Positions 53,254-64,000 of a DNA stretch of 64,000 nucleotides are shown piece by piece. A program made the position numbers and the translations under genes. Below the pieces are notes generated by a model. That model saw only the letters and a list, made by a program, of their open reading frames with translations, made no database searches and was not told where the DNA came from. Source of the DNA: Bacillus sp. (in: firmicutes) (GTDB lineage: Bacteria > Bacillota > Bacilli > Bacillales > Cytobacillaceae); NCBI GenBank assembly GCA_011524525.1, contig WTKE01000112.1:4020-68019 (forward strand), written 5' to 3'. Position 1 is the first letter of the stretch; each line of letters starts with the position of its first letter.

Positions 53254-54216
53254 CTAGACAACCACATGTTTTGGTGTCTGTTTGTTTAAAGCTAACAAAA
53301 GGTTTTCTACTGCTAGATTGGCCATTCTTAATCTTGTTTGAATACTAGCACTACCTATATGGGGAAGAGTAACGACATTCGGGAGGGTTAATAACGGATG
53401 ATCGAGTGGAACGGGTTCCTGCTCAAATACATCTAACCCCGCTCCCCAAATCTTACCTGCTAGTAATGCGTCGTACAAATCTACCTCATTAACAATTCCA
53501 CCACGTGCGGTGTTGATTAAGATAGCTGTATTTTTCATCCATGCTAACTCTTTTGCACTAATCATATTTTTTGTTTCCGGACTGTAGGGTGTCATAATAC
53601 ATACATAGTCAGATTCCTTTAATAACTGATCTAATTCTACATACTTCATTTGATATGTTTCCTCAAGCCCAGGTTTTCGAGAACGATTATAATAGAGAAT
53701 ATTCATATCAAAGCCTCTTGCTCTTTTAGCTAATGAAGCCCCAATTCTCCCCATCCCGATAATACCTATCGTGGCGCCATAAATATCCTGCCCGGTTAAC
53801 TGCATAGGAGACCATGTTTTCCAGTCTCCGCTCCTTAAATAGTTTGATGACTCTACTACTCTTCTAGCGGTGGCCATAAGTAAGGCAAATGTTAAATCCG
53901 CAGTTGTTTCTGTTAATACGCCTGGAGTATTTGTTACAGTAATCCCCTTAACTTTTGCAGCTTGAATATCAATATTATTGTAACCGACCGCCATATTACT
54001 AATTACCTTTAAGTGTTTAGCTCGTTCTAACAAGGCTTGGTCAATGGCATCTGTTAATAAACAAAACAGTCCATCAACTTCTTCAATTTCTTTTTCTAAA
54101 ACCACCCTAGGTATTGGAATATCTGTTTCATTCCATATCTTTATCTCACAAACTTCACTTATTCTCTCAATAATTTCAATAGGCATACTTCTCGTGATCA
54201 ACACTCTTGGTTTCAA
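53254..54216 (-). CDS. D-2-hydroxyacid dehydrogenase (glyoxylate/hydroxypyruvate reductase-like)
   Basis: GMGRIG, INTARG, LDVFEQEP and PHIGSA motifs. Confidence 0.92.
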   Translation of the reverse strand: MKPRVLITRSMPIEIIERISEVCEIKIWNETDIPIPRVVLEKEIEEVDGLFCLLTDAIDQALLERAKHLKVISNMAVGYNNIDIQAAKVKGITVTNTPGVLTETTADLTFALLMATARRVVESSNYLRSGDWKTWSPMQLTGQDIYGATIGIIGMGRIGASLAKRARGFDMNILYYNRSRKPGLEETYQMKYVELDQLLKESDYVCIMTPYSPETKNMISAKELAWMKNTAILINTARGGIVNEVDLYDALLAGKIWGAGLDVFEQEPVPLDHPLLTLPNVVTLPHIGSASIQTRLRMANLAVENLLLALNKQTPKHVVV

Positions 54217-54293
54217 GTGATCGCCTCCTAGTCTTAATAGGAATTCTCTATTTTAATAGAAAATCCTTCACAATACATGTGAAGGATCCCGTA

Positions 54294-55745
<1,452 letters not shown>

Positions 55746-55767
55746 TCAATACTAGTAAGTGAAATAA

Positions 55768-56502
55768 TTACCTTTTAATACTAACCGTTGAAAATTCAAA
55801 CTTATCATAACGATGTCTTGAAAACGAATATTCAAAAGGAACCCCGTTATTTAAATAAACAACCTGCTCTACTTCTAATACAGGATCATCCTTTTGACAT
55901 TGCAAATGCAATTGATCCATTTGATTTGACTTACACGCTCGTATCTGTTTATGAGTCCCCGCAACAGTAAGCTCTAGGGTCTCTATAATGTAGCTATATA
56001 CCGATGAATGCAATACTTTTTCATTGATTCCTGGAATTAGGGGAGTTGGCATATACGTATGCTCAATTACATACGGTTCGCCCTCCACTGTTCGCAGCCG
56101 AATAATGTCGTAAATAGGGGTATCAAGATTAATGGAGAGGTGTGAAGCAATTTCTTCGGTTGGAAACTTCACCTCAAATTGTAATACTTTGCTCGTAATC
56201 TCTTGGCCTTTTCCTTTTAATAAGTGAGATAAACCTTGAGAGTCATTGCCCACGACATTTACTTTGTTCGTTTGAATAGCAGATTTAACTATAAACGTTC
56301 CATGTCCACGCTTTCGGTAAAGATATCCTTCCATTACTAGAATATCTAGGGCTCGCTTCATCGTCATTCGACTGCACCCAAATTGATTAGATAATGTAAT
56401 TTCATCAGGAATCGGTTGATCGGTTGAATAAAATCCATCAATTAACCTTTTCCTTATTTCATCCGATATTTGTTGGTATTTAATCAATATGTTCACCACC
56501 AT
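55768..56502 (-). CDS. GntR/HutC family regulator (GmuR-like)
   Basis: SRMTMKRAL...GHGTF wHTH plus UTRA domain. Confidence 0.9.
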   Translation of the reverse strand: MVVNILIKYQQISDEIRKRLIDGFYSTDQPIPDEITLSNQFGCSRMTMKRALDILVMEGYLYRKRGHGTFIVKSAIQTNKVNVVGNDSQGLSHLLKGKGQEITSKVLQFEVKFPTEEIASHLSINLDTPIYDIIRLRTVEGEPYVIEHTYMPTPLIPGINEKVLHSSVYSYIIETLELTVAGTHKQIRACKSNQMDQLHLQCQKDDPVLEVEQVVYLNNGVPFEYSFSRHRYDKFEFSTVSIKR

Positions 56503-56587
56503 ATCTGTCTAACTTGATCTCTGTTAAAAAGATAGCCAAGCGACCATCTTTTTATTACTTATACTATAATTATAATCATTTATTTTT

Positions 56588-56603
56588 AAATGTATAGACA
56601 TTT
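56588..56603. promoter_or_regulatory. GntR operator
   Basis: Palindrome AAATGTATAGACATTT upstream of the GntR gene. Confidence 0.7.
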
Positions 56604-56727
56604 GTTACCAAACATCAAACTTAAAGAGCATAACCATTGGATAGTACCTTAATCACTCCTTCTCTCTATTTAAAACATAAGAAAACTCGCTTCACCATTA
56701 GGGGAGCGAGTTTTCTTATATCAATTA

Positions 56728-57927
56728 TTAAACCTTTTCAGGTGTGCCTATTTTCGGTTGTTTCGGTGAGCGTTTTACCCATAACATGGTAGTCATCAAT
56801 GTGAACAGTAATAATATTAACCCTAATACAAATGGATAAATAATATTCACATCATAAAGTAATCCAGCAAGCGTTGGTCCTAGAATATTTCCGATACTCA
56901 TATACGCGTTGTTCATCCCCATTGCAAAACCTTGTTCCTGACCAGCAAGCTTTGAGATCAGGGTGTTTAACACTGGGCGTAGAATAGACGTTGCTAAGAA
57001 GATGATTAAAGTAATACCAAAGAACAGAACATAGCTTGATGCAAAAATCGATAACAAAAATCCTACTGTGGCCACTCCTAAGAAAATATTCAGGACTTTC
57101 TCTTCCCCAAGGTTGACCACCAACCGATCAACCACAAACAATTGAACAATCGTACTGATGATTCCTGTCGCTGTTATCATCAAGGCAATTTCTTGAGGAG
57201 TCGCACCGAACTCATTATCAACGAACAACCCTAGTACTGATTCATACGCCATTAATCCAAAGCTCATTACAAGGGTAATCACTAACGGAATAAAATAAGG
57301 CATCTTTACTGATCGAACAAGCTTTTTCACCATTGATTCATCATCATAATGAATTCCTTCTGCTTGTTCCAGTTGGCTTTCTTTTAGAACAATAATAGAG
57401 AAAATAACGGCAACTAGCGAAACAATCGCTGAAATTAGGAACGGTACTTTTAACCCATAATCTGTTAAAAAGCCACCGATCCCTGGTCCAATCACAATTC
57501 CAAGCGACATAGCAGCTGAGATCAAACTGTTTCCTTTGGCGCGCTGCTCCATCGTTGTAATGTCTGCCACGTATGCAAATATGGCAGGTACAAGAAGGGC
57601 TGCCCCAATTCCACCAATTACTCGTGAAAAATATAACCACCAAATGGTATCAACGGCATAAAAAATAAACATCGATGCAGTTAATCCTACTAGTCCGTAT
57701 ATAATCATTTTTCTTCGACCGTATTGATCCGTCCATTTTCCGGCAATCGGTGAGAAAATAAGCTGTGCTCCAGCAAAAATCGCTATCATTAGACCGGCTG
57801 CTGTTCCTCCCTGTCCAATCGATTGCAAATATGCAGGTAAAATTGGGATAATAATACCGAAGCTCCCAATTGCAATAAACATATTAATCATAAGTACAAT
57901 TAACTTTTTCCTTTGTTCCGCGCTCAC
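56728..57927 (-). CDS. MFS DHA1 multidrug efflux pump (NorA/Bmr/Blt-like)
   Basis: GKWTDQYGRR and GIVIGPGIGG motifs. Confidence 0.9.
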   Translation of the reverse strand: MSAEQRKKLIVLMINMFIAIGSFGIIIPILPAYLQSIGQGGTAAGLMIAIFAGAQLIFSPIAGKWTDQYGRRKMIIYGLVGLTASMFIFYAVDTIWWLYFSRVIGGIGAALLVPAIFAYVADITTMEQRAKGNSLISAAMSLGIVIGPGIGGFLTDYGLKVPFLISAIVSLVAVIFSIIVLKESQLEQAEGIHYDDESMVKKLVRSVKMPYFIPLVITLVMSFGLMAYESVLGLFVDNEFGATPQEIALMITATGIISTIVQLFVVDRLVVNLGEEKVLNIFLGVATVGFLLSIFASSYVLFFGITLIIFLATSILRPVLNTLISKLAGQEQGFAMGMNNAYMSIGNILGPTLAGLLYDVNIIYPFVLGLILLLFTLMTTMLWVKRSPKQPKIGTPEKV

Positions 57928-58115
57928 GTGCGCACCTCCATCCCCCTACGAGAAATAGGTAGACCTTTTATCTCTCGCCTCAAATACACCTAAGTATACC
58001 ACCAAACATTCTTTAAAATGTACGATTAAGATTGACTTTACTAAAATTTAACCCAAAAAAACTGTAAACATTCGCTGTTTACAGTTTTTAAGGGAATTCA
58101 ATTTTAGGAATATGT

Positions 58116-58266
58116 TCTAATTGACCGCTAAAGACTATGTTCCTCTCCAACGGGCAGTTAGACACCTTCTATTTGACCGTTCAATCCTTGTACCCTTGCC
58201 AACAGGCAGATAGAGCCGGTCTAATTGACCGCTTAAAACTATTTTCCTCTCTAACGGTCAATTAGA
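58116..58266. repeat. Three 52-bp palindromic repeat units
   Basis: TCTA(A/T)TTGACCG at 58116, 58168 and 58220; units end in CGGTCAATTAGA or a degenerate version. Confidence 0.85.
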
Positions 58267-59715
58267 TTACTTGTTTTTACGAATTTTATCGACCTCATCG
58301 GCAACAAACTGTACTTGGGTTCCAACAATGACTTGGATACTGTTTTGCCCAACGATATTGATTCCTGGAATGCCTGTTGACTTGATTTTTGCTTGGTCAA
58401 CCGCTCCCATATCCTTTACCTCTACGCGAAGACGAGTAACACAATTGTCTACAGAGGTAACATTATCATCTCCACCTAAGCCCTCATAAATAACAGCGGC
58501 CATTTGTGCGAACTTGTCACTACCAGTCGAAACCGTTTCTCCTGTTTCCTCTGTTTCTTCTTCACGACCAGGAGTCATTAAATTGAACTTTGTGATTAAG
58601 AAGCGGAATAAGAAATAATAAATAGCTGCAAATACTAATCCTTGCACAAGAAGCATATATGGTTGGTTTGCGAGTGGCAATCTTGAGCTTAATACAAAGT
58701 CAACAAAACCAGCACTAAAGCCAAATCCAGCTGTCCAGTGGAAAAGGGATGCCACAGCTAAAGAAATTCCTGTTAACACCGCGTGAACGACATATAACAT
58801 TGGTGCAACGAACATAAATGCGAACTCTAATGGTTCTGTTACCCCAGTAAAGAAGGAAGCAAATCCTGCCGCAAGCATTAAGGACGCCACTTGTTTTTTA
58901 CGAGCCGTTTTCGCCGTATGATACATCGCAAGTGCTGCGGCTGGTAAACCAAACATCATCACAGGGAAGAAACCAGCTTGGTACATACCTGTTGTTCCTT
59001 TTGTTCCATTTCCAGACCAGAAGTTACCGATATCGTTAATGCCAGCCACATCAAACCAGAATACAGAGTTGAGTGCGTGGTGTAACCCTGTTGGAATTAA
59101 TAAACGGTTAAAGAATCCATACAATCCTGCTCCGATAAAATCAAGCTTACTGAACGCTGTACCGAAAGAAACCAACCCAGTGAATATAACTGGCCATGCA
59201 AAGAAAAGAACTAATGATACCACTAACATAGACACAGCAGTCATTATAGGTACGAGACGTTTTCCACTAAAGAAGGCAAGGGCGTCTGGCAGTTTTACGT
59301 GACTAAAGCGATTGTATGCAAACGCTGCGACTAACCCTGATAAAATACCAATAAATTGATTCCCGATTTTTCCAAACGCAGCATTTACCTCAGCTGGATC
59401 AATCCCTTGAAGCATTGCCACCGCGTTCGTTGAAAGCAAAGTGGTAACCACCAAATACGCCACGAGACCACTTAGGGCTGCAGATCCATCTTTATCCTTG
59501 GACATTCCTAGAGCCACCCCAACCGCAAAGAGGATGGCCATATTATCAATAATGGATCCTCCTGCTTTAATCAGGAATGCTGCAACTGGGCTACCTGCTC
59601 CCCACCCAGATGGGTCTATCCAATAACCAATTCCCATTAGAATGGCTGCAGCTGGTAAAACGGCCACAGGAAGCATAAGTGAACGACCAATTTTTTGTAA
59701 ATACTTCATCACCAT
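58267..59715 (-). CDS. nagP: PTS N-acetylglucosamine EIICB
   Basis: LQKIGRSLMLPVAVLP, GLHH, GVTEPLEF and EIIB NCVTRLR motifs. Confidence 0.92.
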   Translation of the reverse strand: MVMKYLQKIGRSLMLPVAVLPAAAILMGIGYWIDPSGWGAGSPVAAFLIKAGGSIIDNMAILFAVGVALGMSKDKDGSAALSGLVAYLVVTTLLSTNAVAMLQGIDPAEVNAAFGKIGNQFIGILSGLVAAFAYNRFSHVKLPDALAFFSGKRLVPIMTAVSMLVVSLVLFFAWPVIFTGLVSFGTAFSKLDFIGAGLYGFFNRLLIPTGLHHALNSVFWFDVAGINDIGNFWSGNGTKGTTGMYQAGFFPVMMFGLPAAALAMYHTAKTARKKQVASLMLAAGFASFFTGVTEPLEFAFMFVAPMLYVVHAVLTGISLAVASLFHWTAGFGFSAGFVDFVLSSRLPLANQPYMLLVQGLVFAAIYYFLFRFLITKFNLMTPGREEETEETGETVSTGSDKFAQMAAVIYEGLGGDDNVTSVDNCVTRLRVEVKDMGAVDQAKIKSTGIPGINIVGQNSIQVIVGTQVQFVADEVDKIRKNK

Positions 59716-59746
59716 TTTGTTTCCCTCCTCTTTCTCCTCAAAAAAG

Positions 59747-60496
59747 TTATTTATATAAATTTCTTACTAACATTGGGATTCTTTCTTTGTAATGATCAAT
59801 TAATTGTTGATTATGCGACCCAGCATCGTTGGCATTATTGCTTAGAAACACAGGTGGATCAATTCCTTTTTCAAGCATCAACTGAATCGTTTCGGCCATG
59901 ACCGCATTCACGATCATCATACCGATAATGGAAGAACCTGAGCTAAACCCACTTGCACTCTTTGGATGTTGCAGAAGGGTATCACCAATTTCTATGTGAT
60001 TATCAATGGTCAAATGAGCCATCTCAAACAAGTATTTTCCACTTTCGTGCCTAGAAGCTTGTGTGGCTGCATAACGAGGGGAAGTAATCGCAATGACATA
60101 CGCGCCCCTCTCTCTTGCAATTTCTGCTACTTCAATCGGAACGGGATTTCTACCAGAAGTAGAAGCCACGATAACGATATCACCTGCTAGAATATTGCTA
60201 GTAGAAAGATGATCTTTTGCTAGACCACTCTTTTTTTCAAGATTGGATGATTCTACGGCTCCTTTATGAAGCATCAAATCCTCTATGAGAATCGGGCTAA
60301 TCGGAGCGAGTCCACCTGCACGGTAAAAGAGTTCTTCCGCTAACATATGGGAGTGTCCAGAGCCAAACACATGAACGATGCCATCGCTTTGTATACATTG
60401 TGCAATCTGGTGAGCCGCATCCCTCATTTTGTCCTGTTCCTCATTTTCGACCTCGTCGAGTAAGTCTCTCAGTTTTTGAAAATACTCTTTCATCAT
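59747..60496 (-). CDS. SIS domain (sugar isomerase-like) protein
   Basis: FGSGHSH..AEE.FYRAGG and STSGRN motifs. Confidence 0.85.
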   Translation of the reverse strand: MMKEYFQKLRDLLDEVENEEQDKMRDAAHQIAQCIQSDGIVHVFGSGHSHMLAEELFYRAGGLAPISPILIEDLMLHKGAVESSNLEKKSGLAKDHLSTSNILAGDIVIVASTSGRNPVPIEVAEIARERGAYVIAITSPRYAATQASRHESGKYLFEMAHLTIDNHIEIGDTLLQHPKSASGFSSGSSIIGMMIVNAVMAETIQLMLEKGIDPPVFLSNNANDAGSHNQQLIDHYKERIPMLVRNLYK

Positions 60497-60514
60497 GTTC
60501 CTCCACCTCCCCTT

Positions 60515-61237
60515 CTATCTCTTCATGTCGATCATAAACTTGTAGCGATCAGCACGATAAGAGGACTTTACCACTTCAATAGGCGTTTCATCTTCAAGGT
60601 ATGTGTTTCTCTGAATCAGCATAATTGGTGCACCTTCTTTAATGCTTAAATACTCTGATTCAATTTGATTCGCCACCGATGATTCGATGATTTGTCTTGC
60701 ATGATCAATTCGAAATCCTAACGTACCCTCGATATACTCATACAAAGAACGATTCACAATCTCCTTTGTTAGGCCCTTCACTTTGTCAACGGATATATAA
60801 GTAGTTTCAAGCGCCATTGGCACCTGGTCAGCCAAACGGATTCGTTTGATTTCGTACACAGGACTACTTTCCTCAATTGCAAGATATTTAGCGATCCGAA
60901 CAGGTGCTAGAATGACTTCGAAATTTATCAGCTGACTACCTGGTTCCAAGCCCCTGGCTCTCATATCTTCGGTAAAGCTTGTTAGCCCTTGAAGACCTTG
61001 CTCGACCTTCCTTTCTGCTACAAAGGTCCCCTTCCCTTGGAGTCGATATAAGTACCCGTCATTTACTAGCTTTGTGAACGCTTGGCGAACGGTCATTCGA
61101 CTAATTTGGTAGGTTTCCGCATATTCCCGCTCCGGTGGAAGGGCATCTCCAGGCTTCAAATCCCCTTTTTCAATTTGATCCTTTATCAGCTCCTCCAGCT
61201 GATAATAGATGGGAATAGGCGAGTTTTTATTAATCAT
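60515..61237 (-). CDS. nagR: GntR family repressor of GlcNAc utilisation
   Basis: MINKNSPIPIYYQ and ISRMTVRQA; UTRA domain; follows nagAB. Confidence 0.9.
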   Translation of the reverse strand: MINKNSPIPIYYQLEELIKDQIEKGDLKPGDALPPEREYAETYQISRMTVRQAFTKLVNDGYLYRLQGKGTFVAERKVEQGLQGLTSFTEDMRARGLEPGSQLINFEVILAPVRIAKYLAIEESSPVYEIKRIRLADQVPMALETTYISVDKVKGLTKEIVNRSLYEYIEGTLGFRIDHARQIIESSVANQIESEYLSIKEGAPIMLIQRNTYLEDETPIEVVKSSYRADRYKFMIDMKR

Positions 61238-61982
61238 ACGTAACTTCCTTTTTCTTTAAATTTCCAATGGCAGCTTCATCCGCAATAATAGTGACCGAAG
61301 GATGTTGCTTTAAGATGGATGCTGGAAACTGCTCGGTCAACTCTCCCGTTAATAGATTGGCTAGCGCATCATGCTTATGCTCACCTGACACTAGTAAAAG
61401 AATTTCCTTGCTCTTCATGATTGAAGCAATTCCCATGGTAACGGCCTTTTTCGGCACATCCTCCATTTTCTCAAAATAGATGGAGTTTGCTTCTCTCGTT
61501 GACTCGGCCAACTCAACGACATGCGTATGCGAATGGAAAGAAGCACCCGGTTCATTAAAACCAATATGACCATTTGATCCGATCCCCAATAACTGAAGAT
61601 CGATTCCACCTTTAGCTAGAATATGCTCGTCGTAAGTTTGGCACTCTTGCTCAAAATCTTCCGCTGTTCCGTTTGGCACAAAGGTATTTTTCAGATCAAT
61701 ATCAATATGGTTAAAAAAATGATCATTCATATAGTACCGGTAGCTATTTGGATTCTGTCCTGTTAACCCAATATATTCGTCCAAGTTAAAGCTCACAACT
61801 TGTTTGTAAGATGTTTTTCCAGCCTGATAATCCTCGATTAGCTTTTGATATGTCCCTAAAGGCGTACCACCTGTTGCTAATCCTAGTGTCATATTTGGAT
61901 TTTCTCTTACTTTTTCACTGATATAACCTGCTGCAAGCTCACACATTTGCTCATAGTTTTTCGCTTCAATTAGTTTCATCAT
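61230..61982 (-). CDS. nagB: Glucosamine-6-phosphate deaminase
   Basis: LGLATGGTP, NLDEY and GIGSNGHIGFNEP motifs. Confidence 0.95.
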   Translation of the reverse strand: MMKLIEAKNYEQMCELAAGYISEKVRENPNMTLGLATGGTPLGTYQKLIEDYQAGKTSYKQVVSFNLDEYIGLTGQNPNSYRYYMNDHFFNHIDIDLKNTFVPNGTAEDFEQECQTYDEHILAKGGIDLQLLGIGSNGHIGFNEPGASFHSHTHVVELAESTREANSIYFEKMEDVPKKAVTMGIASIMKSKEILLLVSGEHKHDALANLLTGELTEQFPASILKQHPSVTIIADEAAIGNLKKKEVTYD

Positions 61983-63173
61983 TTATTCCTTTCTCTGAAA
62001 TGCAATCGATCCACGACAAACCGTCAATTCCACTTCCAGGTCTCCATCTAAAATAACGAAGTCTGCATCTTTTCCAACGGTAATGCTTCCTTTTCTGTCG
62101 TATACGTTTAATTGCTTTGCAGGATTAATCGATGCCATATGCACAACATCCTCAACTGTACAATTCGTGTATGTGATCATATTTTTCACGGCACGTTTCG
62201 TTTCTAGTATACTGCCTGCAAGTGTTCCATCTGAAAGCGTCGCCATTTCATTGTTCACATACACGTCTTGACCACCAAGTTCGTACACTCCATTTTTTAA
62301 GCATTTGGCTCTCATGGAGTCTGTGATTAAAATAAGTCCTTCCTTCTTCTTTTGCTGAAATGCAAAACGGACCATTTCTGGGTGAACATGAATACCATCC
62401 ACAATCAACTCGGCCTTTAACTCTTCTAATAAAAGTGCTGCTCCAACTACACCTGGCTCCCGATGATGCAACCCTCTCATTTGATTAAAAAGATGGGTAA
62501 CATGAGTGGAACCTACTTCTACTGCTTGCTTTACTTCTTCAAAGGTTGCATCTGAATGACCAATGGAGGCAATAATATGGTTGTCACTTAAATATTTGAT
62601 TAGGTCCAATCCACCAGGAAGCTCGGACGCCAGGGTAACAAGCTTTATCGTATCTTTTGAAAGAGCTTGCCATTTTTGAAACAGCTCTGTATTTGGATGC
62701 ATCATATGTTCCATTGGCTGCGCTCCCGCTTTATCAGGATTCACAAATGGCCCTTCAAGATGGATACCTAGAATCTCTGCTTGAGGTGTTGCTTGATTTT
62801 TTCTGATATATTCACCAGTGGCTTCTATGGCACTTTCAATTTTTTCTTGAGACTGTGTCATGGTTGTGGCCAAGAAGCTTGTTGTTCCTTCACGTGGAAG
62901 AGAAGTTGCCATCGTATATAAGGCGTCCTCGGTAGCATCCATCACATCTGCACCATTGGCTCCGTGAATATGCACATCGATAAAGCCAGGGAGAAGATTA
63001 AAGTGAGGAGGAAGTTCAATCACTTCGAATCCCCTTTCGTCAGGTAGCATTTCGAGTGATCCTACTTCTACTATTTTTTGATTACTGGTTTTAATATAAC
63101 CGCTTTCAATAATTCCCTGTTCTGAAAACACTCTCATCCCTTTTAATAAAAGGGGTGAATGAGAAGAAATCAT
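61983..63173 (-). CDS. nagA: N-acetylglucosamine-6-phosphate deacetylase
   Basis: PGFIDVHIHG, HLEGPF, THLFNQM and GTLAGS motifs. Confidence 0.95.
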   Translation of the reverse strand: MISSHSPLLLKGMRVFSEQGIIESGYIKTSNQKIVEVGSLEMLPDERGFEVIELPPHFNLLPGFIDVHIHGANGADVMDATEDALYTMATSLPREGTTSFLATTMTQSQEKIESAIEATGEYIRKNQATPQAEILGIHLEGPFVNPDKAGAQPMEHMMHPNTELFQKWQALSKDTIKLVTLASELPGGLDLIKYLSDNHIIASIGHSDATFEEVKQAVEVGSTHVTHLFNQMRGLHHREPGVVGAALLLEELKAELIVDGIHVHPEMVRFAFQQKKKEGLILITDSMRAKCLKNGVYELGGQDVYVNNEMATLSDGTLAGSILETKRAVKNMITYTNCTVEDVVHMASINPAKQLNVYDRKGSITVGKDADFVILDGDLEVELTVCRGSIAFQRKE

Positions 63174-63233
63174 CCCTCTACCTTCTTTCTTTTGTGACCT
63201 TTTGCATGATTATCATATCACTCTATACATATA

Positions 63234-63248
63234 GTTGTCTAGACCAAT
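63234..63248 (-). promoter_or_regulatory. NagR dre operator
   Basis: Minus strand ATTGGTCTAGACAAC upstream of nagA. Confidence 0.8.
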
Positions 63249-63320
63249 TTTTATGCCAAATTAAAACAGCTGCCGACATAAAAAAGGAGCCCTAACACAG
63301 TAGGTGCTCCTAGCAACGAT

Positions 63321-63923
63321 TTATATTTTTTCATAGATGAGAGTAGAATAGCGCGTACAAATTTGAATAAGTGGTCCAATCATCAACATAATGATCACAG
63401 TTCCTAAACCAATCGGTCCTCCAACAATCCACGCAAAAGCTAAGCCAATTCCCTCTAAAATGGTTCGAGATACATTTAACGTAATATGAAATCTCTCACT
63501 TATAATAAGCATCGTACCATCATACGGCATGGTTGGAAATTTAGAGGTTAAATAGATTCCGATACCAATACCCGTAAGAACGATTCCAGCTAGGAATGTA
63601 CCCCATTGCATTGTCCAGGCAGCCTCTGTGAGTTGTACATTCTTCAAGGTGACACCCATTTGAAAATCAATGATTATTCCCCATAGAAGTACAGTAATTA
63701 CTGATTCAAACTGAATTCGTTTCTTTGATAAGATGGAATTAAACACTAAATAAAACGCCTGGATGAGCATAACCCAAATTCCAACGGTAAGGCCTAATTT
63801 ATTAACAATGCCAACAAAAAATGCATCCCAAGGTCCTGCTCCTACACCGGACTTAATGATTAAGCCTACTCCTAAACACGCGATCACTAACCCAATAAAA
63901 AAGAAGGATGTTTTCTTTAACAT
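63321..63923 (-). CDS. YczE/YyaS/YitT family membrane protein
   Basis: GAGPWD, PYDG and GGPIGLGT motifs. Confidence 0.8.
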   Translation of the reverse strand: MLKKTSFFFIGLVIACLGVGLIIKSGVGAGPWDAFFVGIVNKLGLTVGIWVMLIQAFYLVFNSILSKKRIQFESVITVLLWGIIIDFQMGVTLKNVQLTEAAWTMQWGTFLAGIVLTGIGIGIYLTSKFPTMPYDGTMLIISERFHITLNVSRTILEGIGLAFAWIVGGPIGLGTVIIMLMIGPLIQICTRYSTLIYEKI

Positions 63924-64000
63924 CACTAAGTTCCTCCACAACCTCCTCTCATCCGTACTTCTCCGGTGTAGAAAGAGGTAAATTAATTTTTTCCATAGGA

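Noticed and set aside
63940-64000. Possible riboswitch upstream of the yczE-like gene
   Set aside because: Truncated by the window edge; no diagnostic aptamer motif is visible.

Overview
A 64-kb chromosomal segment of a low-GC, spore-forming Bacillaceae genome (SpoIIP, SigA promoters, and Fur, CsoR, CadC, NagR and CcpA sites). In order: Fur-controlled siderophore ABC genes, rodA, spoIIP-like, SDR/GNAT/MarR genes, MarR-MMPL, aroD, a cobalamin-riboswitch-led cobamide salvage cluster, a ~2900-aa LPKTG-anchored Ig-repeat surface protein with its own sortase, ilvD, a nitronate-monooxygenase-like gene, a 52-bp tandem palindrome array, csoR-copZ-copA, cadC-cadA, a cellulose/beta-glucoside locus (GH5-CBM17-CBM28 cellulase, ABC importer, LacI, ROK, two GH1, GntR), MFS pumps and the nagA-nagB-nagR-SIS-nagP operon. 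No rRNA, tRNA, transposase, integrase or CRISPR-Cas was seen. The most notable signal is in cadA. It really starts at GTG 38999 (strong SD, coupled to cadC) and carries an in-frame TGA at the first Cys of the HMA CxxC motif (GLS*ASC), followed by a SECIS-like stem-loop, so it is a candidate recoded (Sec or readthrough) metal pump rather than simply a pseudogene. Other signals are two different intergenic palindrome arrays that share an exact 52-bp period, an SDR/AKR deletion scar, a possible PTS-independent cellodextrin phosphorylation route and two C-rich sRNA candidates.
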